From NCBI GenBank assembly GCA_900547555.1, contig URHG01000003.1, positions 21,297 through 85,296 of the forward strand: a DNA stretch of 64,000 nucleotides, written 5' to 3'. The notes below the pieces were generated by a model, which worked only from the letters and a program-made list of their open reading frames with translations, searched no databases and was not told the origin of the DNA. This document shows, in pieces, positions 56,152-64,000 of the stretch. Within the stretch, counting starts at the first letter, position 1. Each line of letters begins with the position of its first letter. Both the position numbers and the translations under genes were made by a program. The stretch comes from an uncultured Porphyromonadaceae bacterium. GTDB taxonomy: Bacteria; Bacteroidota; Bacteroidia; Bacteroidales; UBA11471.

Positions 56152-58248
56152 ATGAAAAAACTGATTTTCCTATTCGGCTTACTCTTGACCTTCGGTCTGG
56201 GCAAAGCGCAGATGCAAGATCCGGTTCATTGGAAATTTTCGATGACCGACGTATCCAAGACAGAAAAAGAGTTACAATTCACCGCCAAAATCGATGACCA
56301 TTGGCATGTCTACGGGTTGCATATCCCCGAAGACGGCCCCAACCCCACGACATTCACGTTTACATCTGTGGAAGGTGCGGAACTGGTAGGTGAGGTTACT
56401 TCTCCGTCGAAGTTGATCACGAAATACGATGAAACATTCGGTATGGAACTCAACTGGTATGAAAAAGAGGTAACTTTCATTCAACGCATCAAACTGACCG
56501 GCGAAAACTTCACCGTAAAAGGTTATTTGCGTTATATGACTTGCGACGACCAGTCTTGTCTGCCCCCGACCAGTGAAGAATTCGAATTTACGGGAAAAGG
56601 TCTTTCGGCAGCCGATTTGGCAGCAACCGCCGCAAAAGCAGCACCGAAAAAAGAGGTAAAGAAAGAAACGGCAAAACCGGCTGAAAAAAAAAATAACGAA
56701 CCGAAACAGAATGTAACCCAACCGGCAGAAAAAACGGCCGAAGCAGCCCAACCTGTCCAAGAAGCGGTTACAGCCGAAACAGTTCCTACCGCACAGACAG
56801 CAACCATCGATTTATGGACACCCGTCATCGATAAACTGCAAGCCCGAGGAGAAACAACCACGACAACCGATACGTCGCTGTGGTTTCTCTTTTTTTCGGG
56901 ATTCGTCGGCGGACTATTGGCCCTGCTCACTCCCTGTGTATGGCCCATGATTCCCATGACGGTGAGTTTTTTCCTGAAACGGTCCAACAACCGCAACCGA
57001 TCTATACGAGACGCCATTATTTACGGTCTCGCCATCATTATCATTTATGTAGGACTGGGCTTGCTTATTACGGCCATCTTCGGAGCCAGCGCATTGAACA
57101 GTTTAGCGACCAATGCCGTATTCAATATTCTGTTCTTTGCTCTTTTGGTGGTATTCGCCATCTCTTTCTTCGGAGCTTTCGAACTGACACTTCCAGCGTC
57201 TTGGACAACCAAACTCGACAGTAAAGCCGACTCGACAAGCGGATTGTTGAGTATTTTCTTCATGGCCTTTACTTTGGCTTTGGTTTCGTTCTCCTGTACA
57301 GGTCCTATCATCGGAACATTGCTGGTGCAAGCTGCTTCTATGGGAGTCGCCATCGGCCCGGCTATCGGTATGTTCGGATTTGCTTTGGCTCTTGCCATAC
57401 CTTTTGCCGTATTCGCCATTTTCCCCTCGATGCTGCAATCATTGCCGCGTTCGGGCGGTTGGCTCAATTCGGTCAAAGTGGTTCTCGCATTCCTTGAACT
57501 GGCTTTTGCCCTCAAATTCCTCTCGGTGGCCGACCTTGCTTACGGCTGGCATATCCTCGACCGCGAAGCATTCGTAGCATTGTGGATCATCATTTTTGCC
57601 TTGTTAGGTATTTACCTGTTGGGAAAACTCCGTTTCTCCCACGACAGCGAGAGCCAGCATGTCTCTGTTCCGCGTCTTTTCCTTGCCATGATTTCATTGG
57701 CATTCGCCCTCTACATGGTTCCCGGCTTGTGGGGAGCTCCGTTGAAAGCCATCAGTGCCTTCGCTCCGCCGTTGTCGACTCAGGATTTCAATCTCTATAA
57801 AGACGAAGTACACGCCGCTTTCATGGACTATGATGAGGGTATGGCTTACGCCAAGAAAGTAAACAAACCCGTCCTCGTCGATTTCTCGGGCTACGGTTGT
57901 GTGAACTGTCGTAAAATGGAAGCTGCCGTATGGACCGACCCGGCCGTAAAAGACATTATCGAAAACGATTATGTACTCATTACCCTCATGGTCGACGATA
58001 AAGAATCTCTTCCCGAGCCTATCAAAATAGAAGAGTATGGCAAGACCCGGACTCTTTATACCGTAGGTGATCGTTGGAGTTATCTGCAACGACATAAGTT
58101 CGGTGCAAATGCGCAACCGTTCTATGTGTTGCTCGATACGAAAGGCGAACCCGTAGGTCCATCTTACTCTTACAAAGAAGATATTCCCGCCTACCTCGAA
58201 TTCTTGAAAAACGGTCTGAAAGTCTTCGACAGCGAAAATAAACGTTGA
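56152..58248 (+). CDS. dsbD: Thiol:disulfide interchange protein DsbD family (three-domain)
   Basis: 698 aa. It has an N-terminal DsbD-alpha-like domain (YMTCDDQSC), a Lys/Ala/Pro/Glu-rich linker, a membrane core (LTPCVWPMIPMTVSFF and a second Cys helix FSCTGPI), and a C-terminal thioredoxin fold (GYGCVNCRKME). Confidence 0.88.
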   Translation: MKKLIFLFGLLLTFGLGKAQMQDPVHWKFSMTDVSKTEKELQFTAKIDDHWHVYGLHIPEDGPNPTTFTFTSVEGAELVGEVTSPSKLITKYDETFGMELNWYEKEVTFIQRIKLTGENFTVKGYLRYMTCDDQSCLPPTSEEFEFTGKGLSAADLAATAAKAAPKKEVKKETAKPAEKKNNEPKQNVTQPAEKTAEAAQPVQEAVTAETVPTAQTATIDLWTPVIDKLQARGETTTTTDTSLWFLFFSGFVGGLLALLTPCVWPMIPMTVSFFLKRSNNRNRSIRDAIIYGLAIIIIYVGLGLLITAIFGASALNSLATNAVFNILFFALLVVFAISFFGAFELTLPASWTTKLDSKADSTSGLLSIFFMAFTLALVSFSCTGPIIGTLLVQAASMGVAIGPAIGMFGFALALAIPFAVFAIFPSMLQSLPRSGGWLNSVKVVLAFLELAFALKFLSVADLAYGWHILDREAFVALWIIIFALLGIYLLGKLRFSHDSESQHVSVPRLFLAMISLAFALYMVPGLWGAPLKAISAFAPPLSTQDFNLYKDEVHAAFMDYDEGMAYAKKVNKPVLVDFSGYGCVNCRKMEAAVWTDPAVKDIIENDYVLITLMVDDKESLPEPIKIEEYGKTRTLYTVGDRWSYLQRHKFGANAQPFYVLLDTKGEPVGPSYSYKEDIPAYLEFLKNGLKVFDSENKR

Positions 58249-58264
58249 TGACATATTAGGGACA

Positions 58265-58311
58265 AAAAACAGAGGGCGTCGCTCAAAAGTTGAGCGACGC
58301 CCTCTGTTTTT
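58265..58311. terminator. Bidirectional terminator between convergent dsbD and folA
   Basis: 22-bp perfect stem aaaaacagagggcgtcgctcaa / ttgagcgacgccctctgttttt, with A/T runs on both sides. Confidence 0.8.
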
Positions 58312-58329
58312 ATAAAAGATTATTTCTAT

Positions 58330-58824
58330 CTAAATCCGTTCGTAAACAACAAACGAGTAGGGATAAGCATGCCGGTCGTCCGCCGGAAAATCTTCCCTAC
58401 CGACTTCTTTCCATATCCTCAAATCGATTTCGGGAAAAAACGTATCGGCGTCGGGGAAGTCATGGTGTATCTCGGTAATATACAACCGGCCTGCATCGGC
58501 GATAGACTGATTATAAAGAGTCGCCCCTCCTATAATAAAAAGTTCTTCTTCTCCCCGCTCCTCGGCCAATGCCTCAGACAGCGACGAGAAAGCAGAAACC
58601 GTAGACGGTAATAACTCGGGACGGGACGAAAGCACGATGTTTTTACGACGAGGCAACGGCCCGGCGGGGAGAGATTCGAAGGTATGCCGCCCCATAATAA
58701 TGGTATGATCGACCGTGAGAGCCTTGAAGTGCTTCAAGTCATTGGGAAGGTGGCATAACAAGTCATTGTCCTTGCCGATTGCCCAGTTATCGGCAACGGC
58801 CGCTATCAAAGAAAGATTTTTCAT
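58330..58824 (-). CDS. folA: Dihydrofolate reductase
   Basis: 164 aa with motifs LIAAVADNWAIGKDNDL, GRHTFESL and LFIIGGATLY. Confidence 0.9.
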   Translation of the reverse strand: MKNLSLIAAVADNWAIGKDNDLLCHLPNDLKHFKALTVDHTIIMGRHTFESLPAGPLPRRKNIVLSSRPELLPSTVSAFSSLSEALAEERGEEELFIIGGATLYNQSIADAGRLYITEIHHDFPDADTFFPEIDLRIWKEVGREDFPADDRHAYPYSFVVYERI

Positions 58825-58835
58825 ACAGGCTGGGA

Positions 58836-59630
58836 TTATACGGCTACGACACCTTTGATATGAGAGTGCGGATCATAACCGGTGAGTGTGAAATCTTCGT
58901 AGCGGAAATCGAATATCGACTTCACTTCGGAGTTGATAATCATTTGCGGCAAAGCCCTCGGCTCCCGTGTAAGTTGCAAATGTACCTGTTCGAGATGGTT
59001 TTTATAAATATGTGCATCACCGAGCGTGTGCACAAAATCGCCAGCTTTCAGCCCGGTTACTTGCGCCATCATCATAAGCAGCAAAGCATACGACGCAATG
59101 TTGAACGGTACACCTAGAAAAATATCGGCACTCCGCTGATAAAGCTGTAAACTAAGTCGCCCGTCGGCCACGTAAAACTGAAAAAAAGCATGGCAAGGAG
59201 GAAGATTCATATTCCCCAAATCGGCGACATTCCACGAACTCACGATAATCCTCCGCGAATCGGGATTGTGTTTTATCGTCTCTACCGCTTCCGAAATCTG
59301 GTCGATATACCCACCGTTATAATCGGGCCACGAACGCCACTGATAGCCGTAAATATGACCTAAATCTCCGTTAGCGTCGGCCCATTCGTTCCAAATACGC
59401 ACGCCGTTATCTTGCAAGTACTTTACATTGGTATCTCCTTTGAGAAACCAAAGCAGCTCGTGAATAATCGATTTCAGGTGCAACTTCTTGGTCGTCAACA
59501 GCGGAAAGCCTTTTTCGAGGTCGAATCGCATCTGATGCCCGAATATGCTGATAGTTCCCGTTCCGGTCCGATCCGATTTTTCGACTCCTTCATCGAGAAC
59601 CCGTTGCAAAAGGTCGAGATATTGTTTCAT
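58836..59630 (-). CDS. thyA: Thymidylate synthase
   Basis: 264 aa with motifs DRTGTGT, the LPPCH active-site Cys context, and DAHIY. Confidence 0.95.
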   Translation of the reverse strand: MKQYLDLLQRVLDEGVEKSDRTGTGTISIFGHQMRFDLEKGFPLLTTKKLHLKSIIHELLWFLKGDTNVKYLQDNGVRIWNEWADANGDLGHIYGYQWRSWPDYNGGYIDQISEAVETIKHNPDSRRIIVSSWNVADLGNMNLPPCHAFFQFYVADGRLSLQLYQRSADIFLGVPFNIASYALLLMMMAQVTGLKAGDFVHTLGDAHIYKNHLEQVHLQLTREPRALPQMIINSEVKSIFDFRYEDFTLTGYDPHSHIKGVVAV

Positions 59631-59645
59631 AGATATATAATATAA

Positions 59646-60587
59646 TTAGTAGCCCGAACGATATTTTCCCTCGGTACTGTCGTCGATAATACTCAAATAA
59701 CTTGCATAGCGGGACTCGCTGATGCGATGTTCTTCCAATGCTTTCAATACGGCACACCCCGGTTCATGGCGATGGGTACAATTTCCGAAACGGCAATCGC
59801 TGGAAAATTTAAAAATTTCGGGAAAGAAATGCGCGACTTCCTCGGGTGCGAAATCGATTGTCCCAAACCCCTTGACTCCCGGCGTATCTATTATATATCC
59901 ACCACCGGGCAAGGGAAACATCTCCGAAAATGTCGTCGTGTGCATACCCTTATGGTGGGACTGCGAAATCGCTCCGGTCTTCAAGTTGAGTCCGGGCAAA
60001 ATAAGATTGATAAGCGAAGACTTTCCAACCCCCGAATTGCCGGCAACCAAAGAAACTTTATCGTGCAGCAATTCCCGCAGGCTATCTATTCCCTCTCCCG
60101 TAACAGCCGACACTACCAAACACCCATAACCGATATATGTGTACAAATCGATGATACCGTGCAACAAATCGGTATCATCTTCGTCATAAAGATCGATCTT
60201 GTTGAAGACGAGTTTCACCGGTATGCGATAAGCCTCGGCCGTAGCAAGAAATCGATCGATAAACACGAGACTGGTCTGCGGGTGATTGACCGTAACGACA
60301 AGCAGTGCCTGATCGATATTGGCTGCAAGGATATGCGACTCCTTCGAAAGATTCGATGCCTTGCGTATGATGTAATTCTCCCGCTCGTCGATAGAGACGA
60401 TAAACGCCGTCCCTTCACGGTTCTCCTCGATGCTCACCCGGTCGCCCACAGCAACAGGATTGGTGCTACGAATCCCTTTGAGACGAAAGTTTCCTTTGAT
60501 TTTGCACTCGACAAGCGCACCGTCATCGGTTTTCACCTGATACCAGCTACCTGTATTTTTTATGACCAACCCGTGCCGCATCTGCAT
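59646..60587 (-). CDS. rsgA: Ribosome small subunit-dependent GTPase A
   Basis: 313 aa. It has circularly permuted G motifs (NKIDL, then [12 protein letters not shown], then DTPG) and a C-terminal Zn knuckle, [14 protein letters not shown]. Confidence 0.9.
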   Translation of the reverse strand: MQMRHGLVIKNTGSWYQVKTDDGALVECKIKGNFRLKGIRSTNPVAVGDRVSIEENREGTAFIVSIDERENYIIRKASNLSKESHILAANIDQALLVVTVNHPQTSLVFIDRFLATAEAYRIPVKLVFNKIDLYDEDDTDLLHGIIDLYTYIGYGCLVVSAVTGEGIDSLRELLHDKVSLVAGNSGVGKSSLINLILPGLNLKTGAISQSHHKGMHTTTFSEMFPLPGGGYIIDTPGVKGFGTIDFAPEEVAHFFPEIFKFSSDCRFGNCTHRHEPGCAVLKALEEHRISESRYASYLSIIDDSTEGKYRSGY

Positions 60588-60596
60588 TGTTTTTCA

Positions 60597-60640
60597 ACAA
60601 AAAGAGAGGATCCGCCCCCGGCGGGAGTGATTCCTCTCTC
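60597..60640 (-). terminator. Terminator after frr
   Basis: Outer stem agagagga / tcctctct and inner stem ccgcc / ggcgg. The minus strand is followed by TTTTGTTG. Confidence 0.5.
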
Positions 60641-60665
60641 ATAATTCTTTGTTATATCGGATTCT

Positions 60666-61226
60666 TTATACGGTAAGAATTTCTTTTTCTTTCGCAGCAA
60701 AAATCTCATCGATCTTTTTGATATAGCGATCATGCACCTTTTGGACTTCGTTTTCACCGTCTTTTTCCACATCTTCGGGCATACCGTCCTTGATCGCTTT
60801 CTTCAAACCGTCAATGGCATCGCGGCGGGCATTACGCACGCTTACTTTGGCATTTTCGGCCTCTTGTTTGGCTTGTTTCACCAACGATTTACGCCGTTCC
60901 TCGGTAAGAGGCGGCATACGCAAGAAAATCACCTCACCGTTGTTTTCGGGTGTAATACCGATTTCGGAATTTTGCAAGGCCTTTTCTATTTCCTTGAACA
61001 TCGGCTTTTCCCACGGTTGTATGGTTATCGTCTTGGCATCGGGAGTAGATATGGTCGCCACGTTGCTGAGAGCAACCATACTGCCGTAATACTCGACGCG
61101 GATCTGGTCCAAAATACGGGGATTGGCTTTTCCTGCCCGTATCGAAGCCAAGGCTTCATCGAGGAAAGCGACGCTGAGGTTCATTTTATCCTCGGCTTCA
61201 CTGATATAAGTTTTGACATCATTCAT
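60666..61226 (-). CDS. frr: Ribosome recycling factor
   Basis: The start was trimmed to [15 protein letters not shown]. The protein is 186 aa and contains [13 protein letters not shown]. Confidence 0.92.
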   Translation of the reverse strand: MNDVKTYISEAEDKMNLSVAFLDEALASIRAGKANPRILDQIRVEYYGSMVALSNVATISTPDAKTITIQPWEKPMFKEIEKALQNSEIGITPENNGEVIFLRMPPLTEERRKSLVKQAKQEAENAKVSVRNARRDAIDGLKKAIKDGMPEDVEKDGENEVQKVHDRYIKKIDEIFAAKEKEILTV

Positions 61227-61256
61227 AGTACTGGGTATTTTTGTGTTTCGAGATAG

Positions 61257-61264
61257 CAAAGATA
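61257..61264 (-). promoter_or_regulatory. Candidate -7 box (TATCTTTG) for frr
   Basis: The plus strand reads caaagata, 31 nt upstream of the ATG at 61226. Confidence 0.4.
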
Positions 61265-61301
61265 AACGATTTTATCGAATTGACAACGATACGCCGACAA
61301 A

Positions 61302-62012
61302 TCAATATACAAGAGTTCCTATGTTTTCTCCTGTCATCACCTTTTTGAGATTCCCGACCGTATCCATATCGAAGACGATAATAGGCAGATTGTTCTCCTT
61401 GCAAAGCGTAGTCGCCGTGAGATCCATTACTTTCAGTCCCCGGTTATATATTTCGTCATACGAGATTTTATCGAACTTCGTCGCGGAAGGGTCTTTCTCG
61501 GGATCGGCCGTGTAGATGCCGTCGACCCGTGTACCTTTAAGCATAACATCGGCCCCGACCTCGATTCCCCGCAAGGCCGAAGCGGTATCGGTTGTAAAAA
61601 ACGGATTTCCCGTTCCGCCCGAGATAATGGAGATTTCTCCCCGTTCGAGCGAATCGATGGCGCGGGCCGGACTGTAATGCTCGCCTATGGGGTGCATAGG
61701 CACTGCGGTATAAACCCGAGCCTTCTGCCCTACCGATTCGAGTGCAGAACTCAATGCCAAACTGTTGATAACCGTAGCCAACATGCCCATTTGGTCGCCT
61801 TTCACCCGATCGAATCCACGCGAAGCTCCGCTCAACCCTCGGAAAATATTTCCTCCGCCTATCACAATAGCGATTTCGATGCCAAGTGCGGCAATCTCTT
61901 TTATCTGGGCGGCATATTCCTGCAAACGCACTTCATCGATGCCGTATTGTTTTTTACCCATAAGGCTTTCGCCACTGAGTTTCAAAAGAATTCTCTTGTA
62001 CTGCTGTGCCAT
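61302..62012 (-). CDS. pyrH: UMP kinase
   Basis: The start was trimmed to MAQQYKRILLKLSGE. The protein has an amino-acid kinase fold and contains GGGNIFRG. Confidence 0.92.
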   Translation of the reverse strand: MAQQYKRILLKLSGESLMGKKQYGIDEVRLQEYAAQIKEIAALGIEIAIVIGGGNIFRGLSGASRGFDRVKGDQMGMLATVINSLALSSALESVGQKARVYTAVPMHPIGEHYSPARAIDSLERGEISIISGGTGNPFFTTDTASALRGIEVGADVMLKGTRVDGIYTADPEKDPSATKFDKISYDEIYNRGLKVMDLTATTLCKENNLPIIVFDMDTVGNLKKVMTGENIGTLVY

Positions 62013-62036
62013 GATATTTGTTATTTTATCTAATTG

Positions 62037-62044
62037 CAAATATA
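62037..62044 (-). promoter_or_regulatory. Candidate -7 box (TATATTTG) for pyrH
   Basis: The plus strand reads caaatata, 25 nt upstream of the ATG at 62012. Confidence 0.4.
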
Positions 62045-62144
62045 GTGAAAGGAGAATGCAGAGGCAAATGAAAACGGAGTTTTCAAATTTGATTCTGCCG
62101 AACCTCCATTATATTTTACAAATATAGTGAGTAAAAAGGAGATT

Positions 62145-63458
62145 TTATTTTTTCAAACGCAAAACCTTCGGCGATAAAACCGTCTGCACAATTCCCCGGG
62201 AAAACAGATAGAGAATAAACGCCAACCACAAAGCATGATTCCCGTATGCAGCACGTCCCCCCAAATAGGTAACAAAAAAAATCGATGAAGCTATAAACAT
62301 GGAGATCAACATACCCCGCGTCGCCGTAGCACCGATATAGATACCGTCCCACATAAAAGCGGCAAAACCGACAATCGGGATAAGCAATGCCCAATAAAAA
62401 TATTCATCGGCCGCTACAATCACCGCTTTGTCATCGGTCAGCAACGACAAAAACGGTTCGCCCCCGGCAACATACAGAACGACAAAAAACAAGGACAAGC
62501 CGGCTCCCCATGCAAAAATCTGTCGAACGGTACGATACAACAGCTTCTCATTCCGGGCACCGACATATTTCCCCGACAAGGCCTCTCCGGCATAAGCAAA
62601 ACCGTCCATTACATACGAAAACAAAGTAAAGAACTGCATGAGCAATGTATTGACGGCCAGTACGACCTCACCTTGTGCAGCTCCCGCCGATGTGAAAAAC
62701 ATCATTACCGCCACCAAACACAACGTGCGGAAAAAGATATCGCGATTGACCTTAAAAAAAATCATCATCGCTCTTTTCTGCAACAACGACGATCGCCAGT
62801 CGAGGCGCAAATGCAACGGTTTATAATAACGCTGCCAAAACCATACGGCCATACCCAACCCTGCATATTGCGCCGTAAGCGTACCGAAAGCGACTCCTTC
62901 TACTTTCAGCCCGAAAACAAAAACCAACAAGAGACTTACCGCTATGTTGACAACATTCTGGGCAATGGCAATCCACATGGGAAAGCGGGAATTCTGCATA
63001 CCGATGAACCAACCCGAAAAGGCGTAAAGTCCTAAAACAGCAGGAGCACCCCAAATACAGATACGGAAATAAAGAGTGGCCAATCGCTCAACCTCGGGCG
63101 TAGCCTCGATAAAGAGGAATGCCATACGACAAAGCGGGTATTGTAAAACGATAAGTGCTATCGCCACCGAAAAACCCACACCGACGGAACGAACCAATAA
63201 ACGGGTTACTTCATCGAGATCGTGCCGGCCATAAGCCTGCGATGTCATACCGCTCGTACCCATTCGCAAAAATGCGAATATCCAGTAAAATATATTGAAA
63301 AGCATTCCTCCCACCGCTATCGCACCGATATAAGCAGGAGCACCGAGATGGCCTACAATAGCGACATCTACAAGCCCCAACAACGGTACCGTGATATTAG
63401 AAACGATAGCCGGCAATGCTATATGCAAAATATTCTTATGCCCTTCGTTTATACCCAT
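62145..63458 (-). CDS. MATE family efflux transporter (DinF-like)
   Basis: 437 aa with 12 predicted helices. The N-terminus is ILHIALPAIVSNITVPLLGLVDVAIVGHLG. Confidence 0.85.
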   Translation of the reverse strand: MGINEGHKNILHIALPAIVSNITVPLLGLVDVAIVGHLGAPAYIGAIAVGGMLFNIFYWIFAFLRMGTSGMTSQAYGRHDLDEVTRLLVRSVGVGFSVAIALIVLQYPLCRMAFLFIEATPEVERLATLYFRICIWGAPAVLGLYAFSGWFIGMQNSRFPMWIAIAQNVVNIAVSLLLVFVFGLKVEGVAFGTLTAQYAGLGMAVWFWQRYYKPLHLRLDWRSSLLQKRAMMIFFKVNRDIFFRTLCLVAVMMFFTSAGAAQGEVVLAVNTLLMQFFTLFSYVMDGFAYAGEALSGKYVGARNEKLLYRTVRQIFAWGAGLSLFFVVLYVAGGEPFLSLLTDDKAVIVAADEYFYWALLIPIVGFAAFMWDGIYIGATATRGMLISMFIASSIFFVTYLGGRAAYGNHALWLAFILYLFSRGIVQTVLSPKVLRLKK

Positions 63459-63460
63459 GA

Positions 63461-64000
63461 CTACTTCATTGTTACAATGGGCAAATCGATAGGCCCGTCA
63501 TGCAACATACTGCGTTGTATTCGAGCATTCCTCTCGGTGGGGATCAACGGGCTATTACGCAATACATGGCGGACGCGCGAACGCTGATCGGGCGTGAACC
63601 GATTCTGATCGCCGTAATTATAATCCATTACATTGACCGAAACAAATTGTTCGCCATTGCATCCTTCCCGCAAAATACAGGCTGCGGCATACTCTCCCGG
63701 CGAAAGATTTCCTCCCGCCCATGCCATGTAACGGAGATAATCCTCTCGATTGTAACTGGGTGTGTCTTCGCAATAATCGGAATCGATACATACGGATTCG
63801 CTACTGCTTTCGGAAAAAACATGAAACAAGCCCAAATAATGCCCCAACTCATGCGGCAACGTAAAAAGCATAGCCGACTCGTAAGCGCACACACTATTTA
63901 AAGAAACAGAATAGGGATATAAAAGAGATGCCTGTGAGATATACGGATAATCTGTCAATGCCGTACCTTCGAGGTAAGCATCAACAGGGGTATAAGGGAA
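63461..64000 (-). CDS. Zinc metallopeptidase, M43 (pappalysin/cytophagalysin-like), 5'-truncated by the window edge
   Basis: The frame is open to position 64000. It carries the extended zincin motif HELGHYLGLFHVF (HExxHxxGxxH) and a stop at 63461-63463. Confidence 0.7.
   Translation of the reverse strand, partial: FPYTPVDAYLEGTALTDYPYISQASLLYPYSVSLNSVCAYESAMLFTLPHELGHYLGLFHVFSESSSESVCIDSDYCEDTPSYNREDYLRYMAWAGGNLSPGEYAAACILREGCNGEQFVSVNVMDYNYGDQNRFTPDQRSRVRHVLRNSPLIPTERNARIQRSMLHDGPIDLPIVTMK

Noticed and set aside
1-64000. Search by eye for tRNA, rRNA, tmRNA, riboswitches, transposases, integrases, toxin-antitoxin pairs and defence islands
   Set aside because: Nothing was recognised. Intergenic regions longer than 150 nt are accounted for by repeat arrays, terminators and divergent promoter regions. 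Small structured RNAs cannot be excluded without covariance-model searches.

Overview
This is a chromosomal segment of a Bacteroidales-type genome. The evidence is a type III glutamine synthetase, a porP-porK/L/M/N type IX secretion (T9SS) operon, TAnnTTTG promoter boxes, lipoprotein signals and a T9SS C-terminal sorting domain. I call 46 intact or partial CDS and 2 frameshifted genes. CDS coordinates include the stop codon, and several ORF-track N-termini were trimmed to the plausible start.

Gene content, left to right:
- LRR surface protein that is T9SS cargo; frameshifted GIY-YIG gene; S46 dipeptidyl-peptidase.
- SDR, frameshifted SMR pump, OYE-type flavin reductase and steroid 5-alpha-reductase.
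- lrgAB; DEAD-box helicase; MATE pump; DUF3737-like protein; PatB/MalY C-S lyase.
- glnN facing glmS, purF-like, carA and carB.
- GH127-type arabinofuranosidase; two secreted choloylglycine-hydrolase-family proteins; DUF2807 lipoprotein.
- porPKLMN; thioesterase; stand-alone WbaP-like priming transferase.
- Nucleoside kinase; HAD hydrolase; rpoN; purE; ispG.
- PL11 lyase; HdeD-like protein; low-complexity secreted protein plus FadL-like barrel; dsbD.
- folA, thyA, rsgA, frr and pyrH; second MATE pump; partial M43 metallopeptidase.

I recognised no rRNA, tRNA, CRISPR, transposase, integrase or obvious defence/toxin system. Most of the window is ordinary core metabolism.

Items worth a second look:
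1. A dispersed family of about 29 short structured repeat units, with covarying hairpin arms and tandem G.A mismatches, arranged in BIME-like mosaic arrays at six intergenic loci.
2. A GH127 gene plus one such array, bracketed by 40-nt direct copies of the carB terminator.
3. A 5-alpha-reductase / OYE reductase / SDR cluster resembling the Bacteroidales allo-bile-acid cluster, plus two secreted Ntn hydrolases elsewhere in the window.
4. Two 1-nt frameshifts, in the SMR pump and the GIY-YIG gene.
5. An aromatic/His/Gly-rich secreted protein with a Ser/Gly/Arg tail, paired with a FadL-like barrel.
6. An AT-rich islet with an orphan lipoprotein.

All family calls rest on motifs read by eye. No database search was run.
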